A stretch of 64,000 nt of DNA, taken from positions 21,431 through 85,430 of IMG/VR virus record IMGVR_UViG_3300048502_000133. One strand, 5' to 3'. The stretch comes from a virus (taxonomy: Duplodnaviria; Caudoviricetes). The notes beneath the pieces are model-generated. The model made no database searches. It worked only from the letters and a program-made list of their open reading frames with translations, and was not told where the DNA came from. This document shows, one piece after another, positions 51,494 to 60,700 of the stretch (position 1 is its first letter; each line of letters opens with the position of its first letter). Position numbers and translations under genes: made by a program.

Positions 51494-54271
51494 ATGGCAG
51501 ACGGTAAGTGGGTCACGCTCAAGTCACACACCGGCATGGTGACCCATGTGCATCTGGACGACAGCGGGAACATCGACAAAGGCCCGCACGTCCTCCTGGG
51601 GCACAACATTGCGCATCTCCCGGCGAGTCCCAGTTTTCCCACGCACCCGCAGCATGGCGGCGCGCTTCCCCACAGCATGGACGATCTCAGCCCGTCAGCT
51701 GATGGACCGGGTATGATGAACGAGATCCTGGCGAAGCAGCACCCGGACTATGCCTACATGGCACCGGGCCACCCGCTCCCGGCCAAGCACCAGGACCAGG
51801 CACCCGGCGCCTATCACCAGGCGCTGGACCAGCAAAAGAACGTCAGTAGTTTACAGTCCACCCCTCCCCCTGCTGCACCGACGCCCGCCGGTACGGACTA
51901 CAACCAGGGCGAACACGCAGCGAAAGCCCAGGCCGCGCTCAAACACGCCTATGACGAAGGGGCGCTGACCACCGGCTCTCACGCGTCCCTGATGAAGAAA
52001 CACGCCGCAGCGGAGATGTATAGTCCCCAGGAGGCGAAAGACGAATACGACCGGCTGATCCGGGTGGGCGAACGCGCCCGCGCGCTCCAGCACCTGGACA
52101 CAGCGGTCAACAAGGAAGAGCTACCGCAGCGCATCGCGGATGAGATCAAGCTGGAGCTGCAGGGCAGCAAGCGCTCGGACCAGCTGGCACTGATGCACGA
52201 ACTCCTGGCAACGAGGGTCGCGGAGAACGCCGGGCATAAGGAAACCGCGACGAACATCCTGAAGGATGCCGCGAACAGCGGCTTTGGGGACGCCGAACTG
52301 ATGCCCCACATGCAGGCACTCCTCTCCCCGAAGAAGAACGTAGACTACCAGGGCATCGGTACCGCGCTCAACAGTCAGCTCAAGGAGAAGGTCAAGAACG
52401 ATGCGTTCACGCGCGGGCTCCTGGGCCAGCAAGACCTGGAAGAGCTGAACAGCGGCGACACGCCCACCCTCTCCGCGAAATCGCTTCGGCTGCAGATACG
52501 GGCGTTGTCCTCCATGCACGCCCTCACCCGGATCGGGAATCTCCCCGCAGGGCCGATCAAGACCGCCGCCCATAACGCGTTTAGCCGGGCGCTGGGCATC
52601 GACATACCGGACGAAAACACCGATGAAGGGCGCGGGCAGGTGGCACACGTCGCCAAGCTGCACAAAGCCCTGGGCCTGTTTGAAAAACAAGCCCAGCACG
52701 ACGCCCAGGCATCCAGCCTTCAGGACAAGACCGCATCGGCGCAACTAGGGGCGGTACAGTACAAGGGCAAGCTGGCCCAGCTGGCGGCGGCGGGCGCCGC
52801 TGGCGACACGATCCACCAGAGCAATAAATCTTTCGGCACGCCGAATACCGCCCCGACCTGGCACTTTTCGGTGTCCGGCGTCCCCGGCGGCGCCGGGCCG
52901 CATGAGCACGCGTCGTTCGCGAAGTCCGTCGCCCACAGCACCAGTACGCTGACGCCCGCAGTCATCACCGCGACCAAGAAGGTGGAACAGGCGGGCTTGT
53001 ACAAGCCTGACGGGAGCCTGTACAAGCCGCAGCAGCTCAAAGCCTCCACCTCCAAGACGCTGGGCGACCGCTTCAAGAAAGCAGGCATCACCGCCGATCA
53101 GGCAACCGCGCTCTACAACGTGATGGGCCTGTACGACAACTTCCACAGCGATCCCCATGAGAAACTGGCCAGCGGTATCTTGCAGCGCTGGCAGCATCAG
53201 GTTTCCAACAGCGTGGGCTCCTCCGCCATCCAGCAGGCAGCAAGCGAGTTGTTCGGGACGACATGGTGGAATGGCAGCAAACCACCGTTTGTTACCCAGG
53301 AGAACTACGATCAAGGCAGAGCGATCGCCGCGAACCCGGCCTACAGCGCCCCGCTCAAGGCCGCACTCAGCGAAATCTACAACAACACCCAGGAGTACTA
53401 CAAAGCGCGGGGAATTACGCACGTCGCGGTCGCGCGCGGTGTCAAGCGGCTCAAGCACCCCGCCTTCCAGCAGGCGGCACAGGCAGCGTTCGACAGCGGG
53501 AAAGACAGCATCACCTACCAGCTGGAGCCGGGCTCCGCCGATGAAATACCGCTCTCCAGCTTCGCCACAGACCCCATGGTCTGCATCGGCAAGGCGGACA
53601 ACCCCTACAAAACCAGCATGAACTTTCAGGTACCCAACGGCAACGACGTAAGCTCCGGCGGCATCAGTACAGTGCTCTACGCGCAGATCCCGGTAGAGCA
53701 CATCTTCAGCTGCCCGCATACAGGTCAGGGATGCCTGGGAGAGAGCGAGGTAGGGGTGCTGGGGCACGCGCGCGCCTATACGGCCATCGCCGCGAAGGGC
53801 AGTCTGGAGCCGTATGTGCCGATTTTCAAGAAGATTCAAACAAATGGCTACACGCCGCCTGCAGAATCTGCCATCATAGGCAATACCAGGAGTGTTTCTG
53901 AGGCGTCCCGGCGCCCGAAACGCCGCGTATGGCTTGACGCTGGCAGCCCTGAGAACCCGGATTGGATTAAAATGGGCCGCTGGGACTTCCATGGCACACC
54001 CGAAGAGCAGGCAGAGCAGGTAATCGAGGGGGCAGACCCCAAGGACGCCCAGGCAAAACTGGATGCCTTCCTGCGGACGCCCGCCGCCGCGCCTATGCCG
54101 GAATACGTCCGGCACGCACTGCGCAAGAAGGGGCTTTCGGTTCCGAATGGCCCTACCCTGGGGCGCGAGGACAAGATCGGTGAAACGGCACTTGCCGCAC
54201 ACAACGCCGCCCGCGCGCAGATCAAGGCCGATCTCCAGAAACGCCTCTCCCGCCATCTCCCCCCATCCTAA
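51494..54271 (+). CDS. 925-aa protein: shared N-terminal domain, helical region, ADP-ribosyltransferase-like domain, small C-terminal module
   Basis: AAGGAGG RBS; VAVARG..PLSSFAT..IPVEHIFS..GESEV (R-S-ExE). Confidence 0.78.
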   Translation: MADGKWVTLKSHTGMVTHVHLDDSGNIDKGPHVLLGHNIAHLPASPSFPTHPQHGGALPHSMDDLSPSADGPGMMNEILAKQHPDYAYMAPGHPLPAKHQDQAPGAYHQALDQQKNVSSLQSTPPPAAPTPAGTDYNQGEHAAKAQAALKHAYDEGALTTGSHASLMKKHAAAEMYSPQEAKDEYDRLIRVGERARALQHLDTAVNKEELPQRIADEIKLELQGSKRSDQLALMHELLATRVAENAGHKETATNILKDAANSGFGDAELMPHMQALLSPKKNVDYQGIGTALNSQLKEKVKNDAFTRGLLGQQDLEELNSGDTPTLSAKSLRLQIRALSSMHALTRIGNLPAGPIKTAAHNAFSRALGIDIPDENTDEGRGQVAHVAKLHKALGLFEKQAQHDAQASSLQDKTASAQLGAVQYKGKLAQLAAAGAAGDTIHQSNKSFGTPNTAPTWHFSVSGVPGGAGPHEHASFAKSVAHSTSTLTPAVITATKKVEQAGLYKPDGSLYKPQQLKASTSKTLGDRFKKAGITADQATALYNVMGLYDNFHSDPHEKLASGILQRWQHQVSNSVGSSAIQQAASELFGTTWWNGSKPPFVTQENYDQGRAIAANPAYSAPLKAALSEIYNNTQEYYKARGITHVAVARGVKRLKHPAFQQAAQAAFDSGKDSITYQLEPGSADEIPLSSFATDPMVCIGKADNPYKTSMNFQVPNGNDVSSGGISTVLYAQIPVEHIFSCPHTGQGCLGESEVGVLGHARAYTAIAAKGSLEPYVPIFKKIQTNGYTPPAESAIIGNTRSVSEASRRPKRRVWLDAGSPENPDWIKMGRWDFHGTPEEQAEQVIEGADPKDAQAKLDAFLRTPAAAPMPEYVRHALRKKGLSVPNGPTLGREDKIGETALAAHNAARAQIKADLQKRLSRHLPPS

Positions 54272-54295
54272 CACCCCGCTCAAGGAGGAGTACCC

Positions 54296-55846
54296 ATGCA
54301 CCTCTCAGAAGCTCTCCCCTCCCCGCAGGTGGCAGGCGCGGTGAAGGAGAAAGGGCCAATCTACGCGAAGATTCGCGGAACGTGGCTCAAGAAAGATTCC
54401 CTCTCGCTCAACAACCGCTTCTATCCCGCCGCGACGGTAGAGGCAGCGGTGGCCAGCGCCCAGCGCCGGATCGCGGACGGCGCGCTTCCGCCGATCAAGA
54501 TGATGAGTTCGCACGCCGCCGGGGACGCCGATAGCGTCTACGACACCGTAGGCAAGCTGACCAAAGTGTGGTTGGACGGAGACGACGCCTGGTATGAGGG
54601 CGAGATACCGAACACGAGTGCTGGCCGCGATCTGGCAGCGCTTCTGCAGGGCGGCTTCCATGACGGCGTATCGCTCTACGCCGAAGGTGGGAGCGCCGAA
54701 GTGGCAGAGGGTGAAATGAACGGCAAGCGCGTGTCCATCGTCAAAAAGATGGAGCTGGAGCGCCTGGACCATACCGTCCGTCCGGGCGTCAAGAGCGCGC
54801 GCAACCGGGAAGTCGTGATTCTGGAATCAGTAGACCCTGCCCGCGTCTCTGAGATCACGCCCGCCGCCCCGAAGCCGTTCTCCGCGTTTGACCCGTTCTA
54901 CCAGCAGATGCTGGACGCGATCACCGGCAAGCCCACCAGTGCTGATGATGTCTATCAACCCGAAGCCGCGATCCCACCGGAGAGCGCCGCCGCGCCGCCC
55001 GCAGACCTCACGCCAACATCCCCACAGGAGAACGCTATGGCTGGCACCACGCCGGATCTGGCTGCCCAGATCGATCTGATCCTTGAGGAACGACTTCAGG
55101 CGCTCAATGTGCCCGCCGCGACCCTGGGCGGTGCGCTGGATAACCTGATCACCTACCTTGCCGCTGACAGCGTGCAGGAAGAGGGCAGGATGATCTCTGC
55201 CGACAACCGGCAGAAGCTCTCCGCTGCCCATGACCACATCGCCGGTATTCTGGGCATGGACTGCGCGGGCGGGCAGGACGAAGGCGAGGGCTCAGACGAT
55301 GAGCCCGACGATCGCCCGGAAGACGACACCGATCCGGACGGCGAAGACGCCATGGACGACAGCGAAGGCAACAACGCCGGAGCCGACGCCCAGCGCAAGC
55401 AGTTCAAGGGCGCCAAAGCCCGCAAGGCAGCCCAGGAACGTCAGGCCCCGATTCCGCAAGAAGCCCTGATCGCGCGCGCTGTTGCCGCAGCGCTCCGCGA
55501 AGCCGGGGTGACCCCGAAGACGCCGCCGAAGCCCGCCCGTCCCGTCGATCCGGTGACCGCGCAGCTGGCAGCGATGCAGGCCCAGATCACCGCGCTCACC
55601 GAAGCCATCCCCAACGCGATCAAGGTCGCGGAGAAGGCAAGCTGGCGCCAGAACCCGAAGCGACAGACCCAGATCGTGGAAAACGACGACGCGGCGCCTG
55701 GCGACGGGCCGATCCGCGAACGACAGGATGCCTTGACCGCGCGTATGGCCGACAAGAACGTACCGATCGAACGCCGCGTCCATGAAGCCGCGATACTCAT
55801 TGAACAAGCGCTCAAGGAGCGCGATGAAGTGATGGGTATCTTCTAG
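54296..55846 (+). CDS. T4 gp21-like prohead protease fused to scaffold region
   Basis: [36 protein letters not shown] resembles gp21 (NKRLYP..GVSSRG..D..P); acidic and coiled-coil C-terminus; directly precedes capsid. Confidence 0.8.
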   Translation: MHLSEALPSPQVAGAVKEKGPIYAKIRGTWLKKDSLSLNNRFYPAATVEAAVASAQRRIADGALPPIKMMSSHAAGDADSVYDTVGKLTKVWLDGDDAWYEGEIPNTSAGRDLAALLQGGFHDGVSLYAEGGSAEVAEGEMNGKRVSIVKKMELERLDHTVRPGVKSARNREVVILESVDPARVSEITPAAPKPFSAFDPFYQQMLDAITGKPTSADDVYQPEAAIPPESAAAPPADLTPTSPQENAMAGTTPDLAAQIDLILEERLQALNVPAATLGGALDNLITYLAADSVQEEGRMISADNRQKLSAAHDHIAGILGMDCAGGQDEGEGSDDEPDDRPEDDTDPDGEDAMDDSEGNNAGADAQRKQFKGAKARKAAQERQAPIPQEALIARAVAAALREAGVTPKTPPKPARPVDPVTAQLAAMQAQITALTEAIPNAIKVAEKASWRQNPKRQTQIVENDDAAPGDGPIRERQDALTARMADKNVPIERRVHEAAILIEQALKERDEVMGIF

Positions 55847-55960
55847 TACCTGTCCCCCGTAGGTACTCTTCAGCGACCCCCCTATGGTGCCCACAGGCAT
55901 CCCCGCCTGTCTCTTCGGGACACCGCCCCTCATCCCTCCCATTGTTGGAGGACATGGTAC

Positions 55961-57418
55961 ATGGCCGGTTTGCAAGACCTTCGCGAAGCTATCACCCTTG
56001 GCAGCGGTGCTGGCCCGCTAGTCCAGAAGATCATCTCTCCGCTGTTGCTGGAGTACGTCCGTAAATTCGCCCCGCTCCGCGTGGCCCTGCCCACGCAGAC
56101 CTGGGATACGGACATTTACTTCTTCAACCAGCGCACCGCTCTGCCGCAGGCCCAGTTCGTGCTGGAGGCGCCCGGTACATACACCGGCACCACCGGCTAC
56201 GTTGCCCCGACCACCAGCACCTACCAGCAGCTCCAATTCCCGATCAAGCACTTCCAGAGCAACGGCGACGTGTCGCTGTTCGCCCAGAAGGTTGCCCGCG
56301 TCAACGGCAGCTTGCTTGACCTGGAAATCGAAGGCGCTGTCCGGTCGATGGGCTGGATGGAAGACCTGACCCATATCTTCGGGTCTGCCGCCGCGACCAT
56401 TCAATCCTACCGGCCCGCCTGGGACGGTTTCCGCCAGCTCACCGCCAGCCAGAATAAGATCGACGCCACGCAGCTGGGTACCAACGGTGTCCTGACGCTG
56501 CCCATGCTCGACTCGCTGATCGACGCGATCAGAACGCCCCTGGCTGCCAACCCCCAGGACGATAGCTTCTTCTTCGTGATGAGCCCGAAGATGCAGTCCC
56601 GCCTGGTCCAGCTCACCACCCCCATCACCCGTCTTGGGCTGGAGCGCCGACCCTTCAAGCCGATGAACGATGGCGGCGCGATGGGCGCCCCGGTGACCGT
56701 CGATAACAGCGATCCGGGCGTGGAAGTCTACAGCTACCGGAACATTCCGATCGTGCTGTCCAGCTTCCTCTCTACCCCCGGCGCGATGGGCGCGGTCTCG
56801 CTCTCCGCCAACGCCACCGCAAGCACCCTGCCCGCCACCACCCGCTACTACCGCGTCACTGCGGTTACCGTCTACGGGGAGACGCTAGCCAGTGCGGAAG
56901 TCTCGATGGCCCCGACACTCAACCAGTCCATCCAGCTCACCTGGAGCACCCCGACCATCATCGATCCGGCAAGCGGTGCCACCCTGCCAGTGCTGTACTA
57001 CTGCATCTGGGAAGGCGCCACCACCTTGACCGAAACCCTGCTGGCCATTGTCCACGCCTACACCGCAACCGCCCCTGAAACCCCCGTCACCAGCTGGATT
57101 GACTCCGGCGCCGCCACCTCGTCTACCGGCGGGCTCCAGGGTACAACCCCCTACTGGCAGGGCGGTGCCAATGGCGACGGGTACACCTACCCGAACGTCT
57201 CCGTTGCCGGTAACCCGAACGGCTACGGGTCTGAGCAAATCTATCTCGTAACGCGTGACCCGAACTTCGTGGTTGTGCCCCGCGTGAACGATCTCACCCC
57301 GCAGCTGTTGGCACTCGTGAACGCCCGTACGCGGCAGTTCGCGGTGACCGCAGACGAAGTGCTTGCAGTACGGGCGGGCGCGTTCCTCTCGACTCTCCAG
57401 CGTGTACGCTACGCATAG
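55961..57418 (+). CDS. Major capsid protein with Ig/FN3-like insertion
   Basis: HK97-type layout after protease; insert YYRVTAVTVYGETLAS..QLTWSTP..YYCIW..WIDSG. Confidence 0.85.
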   Translation: MAGLQDLREAITLGSGAGPLVQKIISPLLLEYVRKFAPLRVALPTQTWDTDIYFFNQRTALPQAQFVLEAPGTYTGTTGYVAPTTSTYQQLQFPIKHFQSNGDVSLFAQKVARVNGSLLDLEIEGAVRSMGWMEDLTHIFGSAAATIQSYRPAWDGFRQLTASQNKIDATQLGTNGVLTLPMLDSLIDAIRTPLAANPQDDSFFFVMSPKMQSRLVQLTTPITRLGLERRPFKPMNDGGAMGAPVTVDNSDPGVEVYSYRNIPIVLSSFLSTPGAMGAVSLSANATASTLPATTRYYRVTAVTVYGETLASAEVSMAPTLNQSIQLTWSTPTIIDPASGATLPVLYYCIWEGATTLTETLLAIVHAYTATAPETPVTSWIDSGAATSSTGGLQGTTPYWQGGANGDGYTYPNVSVAGNPNGYGSEQIYLVTRDPNFVVVPRVNDLTPQLLALVNARTRQFAVTADEVLAVRAGAFLSTLQRVRYA

Positions 57419-57452
57419 GTAGTCCTGGCGACTCCTGGCGGCATGTTCCGCT

Positions 57453-57493
57453 ACCGCCCAGCGTCTCTCCGGCGGCGCTGGGCGGTTCTCTTC
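57453..57493 (+). terminator. Terminator-like hairpin after capsid gene
   Basis: ACCGCCCAGCG/CGCTGGGCGGT stem followed by TCTCTTCT. Confidence 0.65.
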
Positions 57494-57517
57494 TAGAACC
57501 CCTGGAGAAAAGCATCC

Positions 57518-58072
57518 ATGACGCGCGACATTGCTCTGTTGGTAGCAGAAAACGGCGATACTGTTGCAGCGGTCAACCAGCACGTATACACCGTAGAAGA
57601 CGGCTTCCTGTTCATTGACGTACGCCCCTACCGCCATCACCCCCAGTACCCGGAGCCCGGTGCGGACGCCGAAGCCGACGCCTACGCGCTCTGTTCATTG
57701 CTTCGTTCAGAGTGGGTCTACGGTGTGGAGCAAAAGGTGCGGGCCTACCGTCCAGCCCGCAGGGAGGAAAGCGCCGCATGGTTGGCGAACCCCGCCAATG
57801 AGGCGCGCTACACCGGCATGAGCGAGGAGCAGGTACGCACCCAGCGCGCCGAAGCCGCCCGCGCCGCCCAGCACCTGGCAGACCAGGCCCCGGTAGTGAG
57901 CCCGGTACCGGCCCCGGAGCGCGTAGCTGCCAGCCCCGCGCCGAAGCCGCCGGTCAAGAAAACTCTCCCGCCGCCCAAGAAACCGGCGCCGGTCAAGAGC
58001 ACTCCCCCGCCGGATCTGACGATAACGCTACCGACACCCTCCGCTCCGAAGGGTGATCCAGAGGAGGAGTGA
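57518..58072 (+). CDS. Hypothetical virion-associated protein, Pro/Lys-rich C-terminus
   Basis: Position after capsid gene; GGAG RBS. Confidence 0.6.
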   Translation: MTRDIALLVAENGDTVAAVNQHVYTVEDGFLFIDVRPYRHHPQYPEPGADAEADAYALCSLLRSEWVYGVEQKVRAYRPARREESAAWLANPANEARYTGMSEEQVRTQRAEAARAAQHLADQAPVVSPVPAPERVAASPAPKPPVKKTLPPPKKPAPVKSTPPPDLTITLPTPSAPKGDPEEE

Positions 58073-58075
58073 TCT

Positions 58076-59017
58076 ATGCCCCGCCTCTACCTGAAAATGA
58101 GCGATCTCCTGATGGACCCGATCATGCAGGTGGGCGGGTGGGCAGTCGGCACCACCTCCATGCTCAGTGAAGACGTGGTAAACGGCCTGATCGCCGCCGC
58201 CTGTGCCCGCCTGGACATGGCCACGAACCGGCGGCTGATGCTTCCGGGCATCACCACGCTCTCCGGAAACGTGTTGGCGGGTGCCACGTCGATTCCGGTC
58301 ACCAGCGCGGTCAACCTGGACGGCACCCCGCTGCTGGCGCTCCTGATAGGCACCGGCGGCACCCAGGAAATGGTCATGGTGGACTCACTCACGATCACCA
58401 CCTGGCGTACGCCTATCCCGGCGACGGTCAACCTGATACCGGGTACCAGCCTTACCTACCCGCACAGCGCCGGAGACCCCGTAGTTGCCTACGCGGTCGA
58501 ACATATCCAGGAGCGCGGCTCCAGTACCAGCCCCAGTGATCAGTACTTTGACCTGACCCAGGAAGGACAGCTGGCCGCAGCCCATGCCCCGCGTGCCAGT
58601 ATGGGTGCCAGCGCCCGCTACGTCTTCCTGAACGCCTTCCCTGTCCAGCAGATCTACAGCGCGTCGATCATCTACCCCTGGTCCAACCAGGGCAACCCCT
58701 TTCCCCCTTCGGATCTCTACATCGCCCCATCCGAGGGCTATTGCCGCTTCCCGGTGGGCTACTACGTCCCCCAGGACAGCACGATCGTGATGACCTACAG
58801 AGGCGGCTACGGGACGCTTCCCGAAGATCTGCGGCGTGCGGTGATTCTGGAAGTGACCGGCCAGCTGGCGCTCTCGCGCAACCCGTACGGCGCGCAAAGC
58901 GTCGGGTCTGGAGTGCGGCACGTCTCCTGGGGCACCGGCAAGCGCAACCGCGCGAACCTGCTGTCTGAGGAAGCATCGGATATTGCCGCAGCCTACACGA
59001 ACCTGGCGGTCGCCTGA
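58076..59017 (+). CDS. Head-tail adaptor (connector) protein
   Basis: LIAAAC.RLD..TNR; TYRGGYGTLPEDLRRAVILEV..RN. Confidence 0.75.
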   Translation: MPRLYLKMSDLLMDPIMQVGGWAVGTTSMLSEDVVNGLIAAACARLDMATNRRLMLPGITTLSGNVLAGATSIPVTSAVNLDGTPLLALLIGTGGTQEMVMVDSLTITTWRTPIPATVNLIPGTSLTYPHSAGDPVVAYAVEHIQERGSSTSPSDQYFDLTQEGQLAAAHAPRASMGASARYVFLNAFPVQQIYSASIIYPWSNQGNPFPPSDLYIAPSEGYCRFPVGYYVPQDSTIVMTYRGGYGTLPEDLRRAVILEVTGQLALSRNPYGAQSVGSGVRHVSWGTGKRNRANLLSEEASDIAAAYTNLAVA

Positions 59018-59820
59018 TGATCATCCAGAATGCCTTTGTCACCGTTCAGCGTGCCGGAAACTACGTCTACGGTGGCCCGCTGGAAGGACCGATCTTCGTG
59101 CAGATAGACGATGGTTCCGTCAGCGAGGACACCGGCGGCGTGGACATTATGGCCGGAAGTTCCACTGCGGGCGCCCCCACGCTGCCCAAGACCCTCTACT
59201 CCATGGTGGGCCTGGATATTCAGCGCGGCGACGTGATCACCATTCTGGCACTGACCGGGCAGCCCGACCCGCCGCAGAACAACCCGTTCTATGTGCTCCG
59301 GGTACAGAAGCCCGGCGATCCGCTGGCGGCGACCGAGGTGTCCATGAACCGCTATGACATGTTGAATCTGGCGTGTACATGGTTCCCGGTGATCACCGCA
59401 GCGACGCCCGGCGCCGCGCGCACCGCGACGTACGATGTGTATTCTCACCAGGGCGTGGGCGCGAACACCGCGTCATTGAACGACACCTGGACGGCGCCGG
59501 ACGACCTGACCGACACGCAGCGGATCGGGTACCTGTCGCCCCGCCCGATCACTATCTCCCTCAATGAGTTCGCTATCCAGCACGAGATGACCCCGATGGG
59601 CCTGATGGAGTGGGAGCCGCCGGTTATCATCTGCGAACGCAATCTGGTCAACCCGTACCTCTACCCCTACCAGAAGGGGGATCTGATAGTGCTTCCGGAT
59701 CTCCGGCGCATCGTCATAGAGGATCTGGGCCACTTCCTGCAGCGCACCGGCGTGATCATGGCCTGCATCTACAAAGTTAGCGTGCGGGAGCCTGCGGATG
59801 CGGTCTATACCATCAGTTAG
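59017..59820 (+). CDS. Probable head-closure protein (two beta-barrel-like halves)
   Basis: DIQRGDVI and YQKGDLIV repeats; position. Confidence 0.55.
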   Translation: MIIQNAFVTVQRAGNYVYGGPLEGPIFVQIDDGSVSEDTGGVDIMAGSSTAGAPTLPKTLYSMVGLDIQRGDVITILALTGQPDPPQNNPFYVLRVQKPGDPLAATEVSMNRYDMLNLACTWFPVITAATPGAARTATYDVYSHQGVGANTASLNDTWTAPDDLTDTQRIGYLSPRPITISLNEFAIQHEMTPMGLMEWEPPVIICERNLVNPYLYPYQKGDLIVLPDLRRIVIEDLGHFLQRTGVIMACIYKVSVREPADAVYTIS

Positions 59821-59829
59821 GAGCGTAGC

Positions 59830-59925
59830 GTGCATCTTCAGCTCAGTACTACGGACGGCCTGATCGGTCTCCTGGTGATTATTGCGCTGCTGCTGGCCAT
59901 TGTGTGGCTGGTGCGGCACCTGTAA
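59830..59925 (+). CDS. 31-aa single-TM peptide (below ORF-track cut-off)
   Basis: AGGAG RBS, GTG start: MHLQLSTTDGLIGLLVIIALLLAIVWLVRHL. Confidence 0.5.
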   Translation: MHLQLSTTDGLIGLLVIIALLLAIVWLVRHL

Positions 59926-59934
59926 GGAGCGGTC

Positions 59935-60267
59935 ATGGAAGGACGCATTACGATGGTGGCTCCGCTGGCACCCCGCCCGATTTATCTTCGGGACGGCGCC
60001 GCGTACCAGGCAGACAAAGACGATCTGATCTACGCGTTTCCTATTCACGAACAGATGCTCCGGGACGCGGGCTGTGTCGATGTACCGGCAGGAGAAATCC
60101 CGGCTCCTCTTGTAGAGCTGGCACCGACACCCGCCGATACCGTCCCGGAAAACGGCTGGCAGGTAGTGCCTTCTGCTACAGATTCGCATGACCAAATTAC
60201 TGTAAGTATAGTACATACACCAGAAGCACCGGACCCCAAGAGCCGACGCCGCGCTCCGGTGCAGTGA
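59935..60267 (+). CDS. Hypothetical neck-region protein
   Basis: AAGGAG RBS; coupled to next gene. Confidence 0.55.
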   Translation: MEGRITMVAPLAPRPIYLRDGAAYQADKDDLIYAFPIHEQMLRDAGCVDVPAGEIPAPLVELAPTPADTVPENGWQVVPSATDSHDQITVSIVHTPEAPDPKSRRRAPVQ

Positions 60268-60692
60268 ACAACTCGTTTAGTCCAGGATCTATCGGTCAGG
60301 TCATCCGGGACGCCCTGACCACCTATCTTTCCGACGCGCTCCAGGAGTTCGGGCAAGAGCTACAAGACGACGCCCAGGGCGCGGCCCCGTCGCTGACGGG
60401 AGATCTGGAGGAGTCCATCCGCTGGACGCAGCTGGGTCAGCTGGGCGGTGAACTCTCCATGCTGGGCTACGGCGAACCCGTCATGGTGGGGCATATCGTC
60501 AGTCGCTGGGGCACCACGCGCTACCCGCTTCGGCGCCTCAAGTACAAGACGGGCGGCTACGTCAAAAGCAACCCGTTTCTCTACCGCGCGCTCCAGGCGC
60601 CTGTCTCCGATCCGACGCAACGGGCGCTTCGTTCCTACGTCTACGATCACCTGGCTGATCTTGGCCTGGCGCCGCGCGACGTACTGGTCTAG
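60264..60692 (+). CDS. HK97 gp10-like tail component
   Basis: AQGAAPSLTGDLEESI..GYG.PV..GH..NPFLYRAL. Confidence 0.75.
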   Translation: MNNSFSPGSIGQVIRDALTTYLSDALQEFGQELQDDAQGAAPSLTGDLEESIRWTQLGQLGGELSMLGYGEPVMVGHIVSRWGTTRYPLRRLKYKTGGYVKSNPFLYRALQAPVSDPTQRALRSYVYDHLADLGLAPRDVLV

Positions 60693-60700
60693 GAGGGACT

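Noticed and set aside
44208-54301. Long antisense ORFs (44208..45620, 46872..49007, 52745..54301 and similar)
   Set aside because: Shadow frames of GC-rich sense genes; no RBS, no motifs, Arg/Gly/Val-biased translations.
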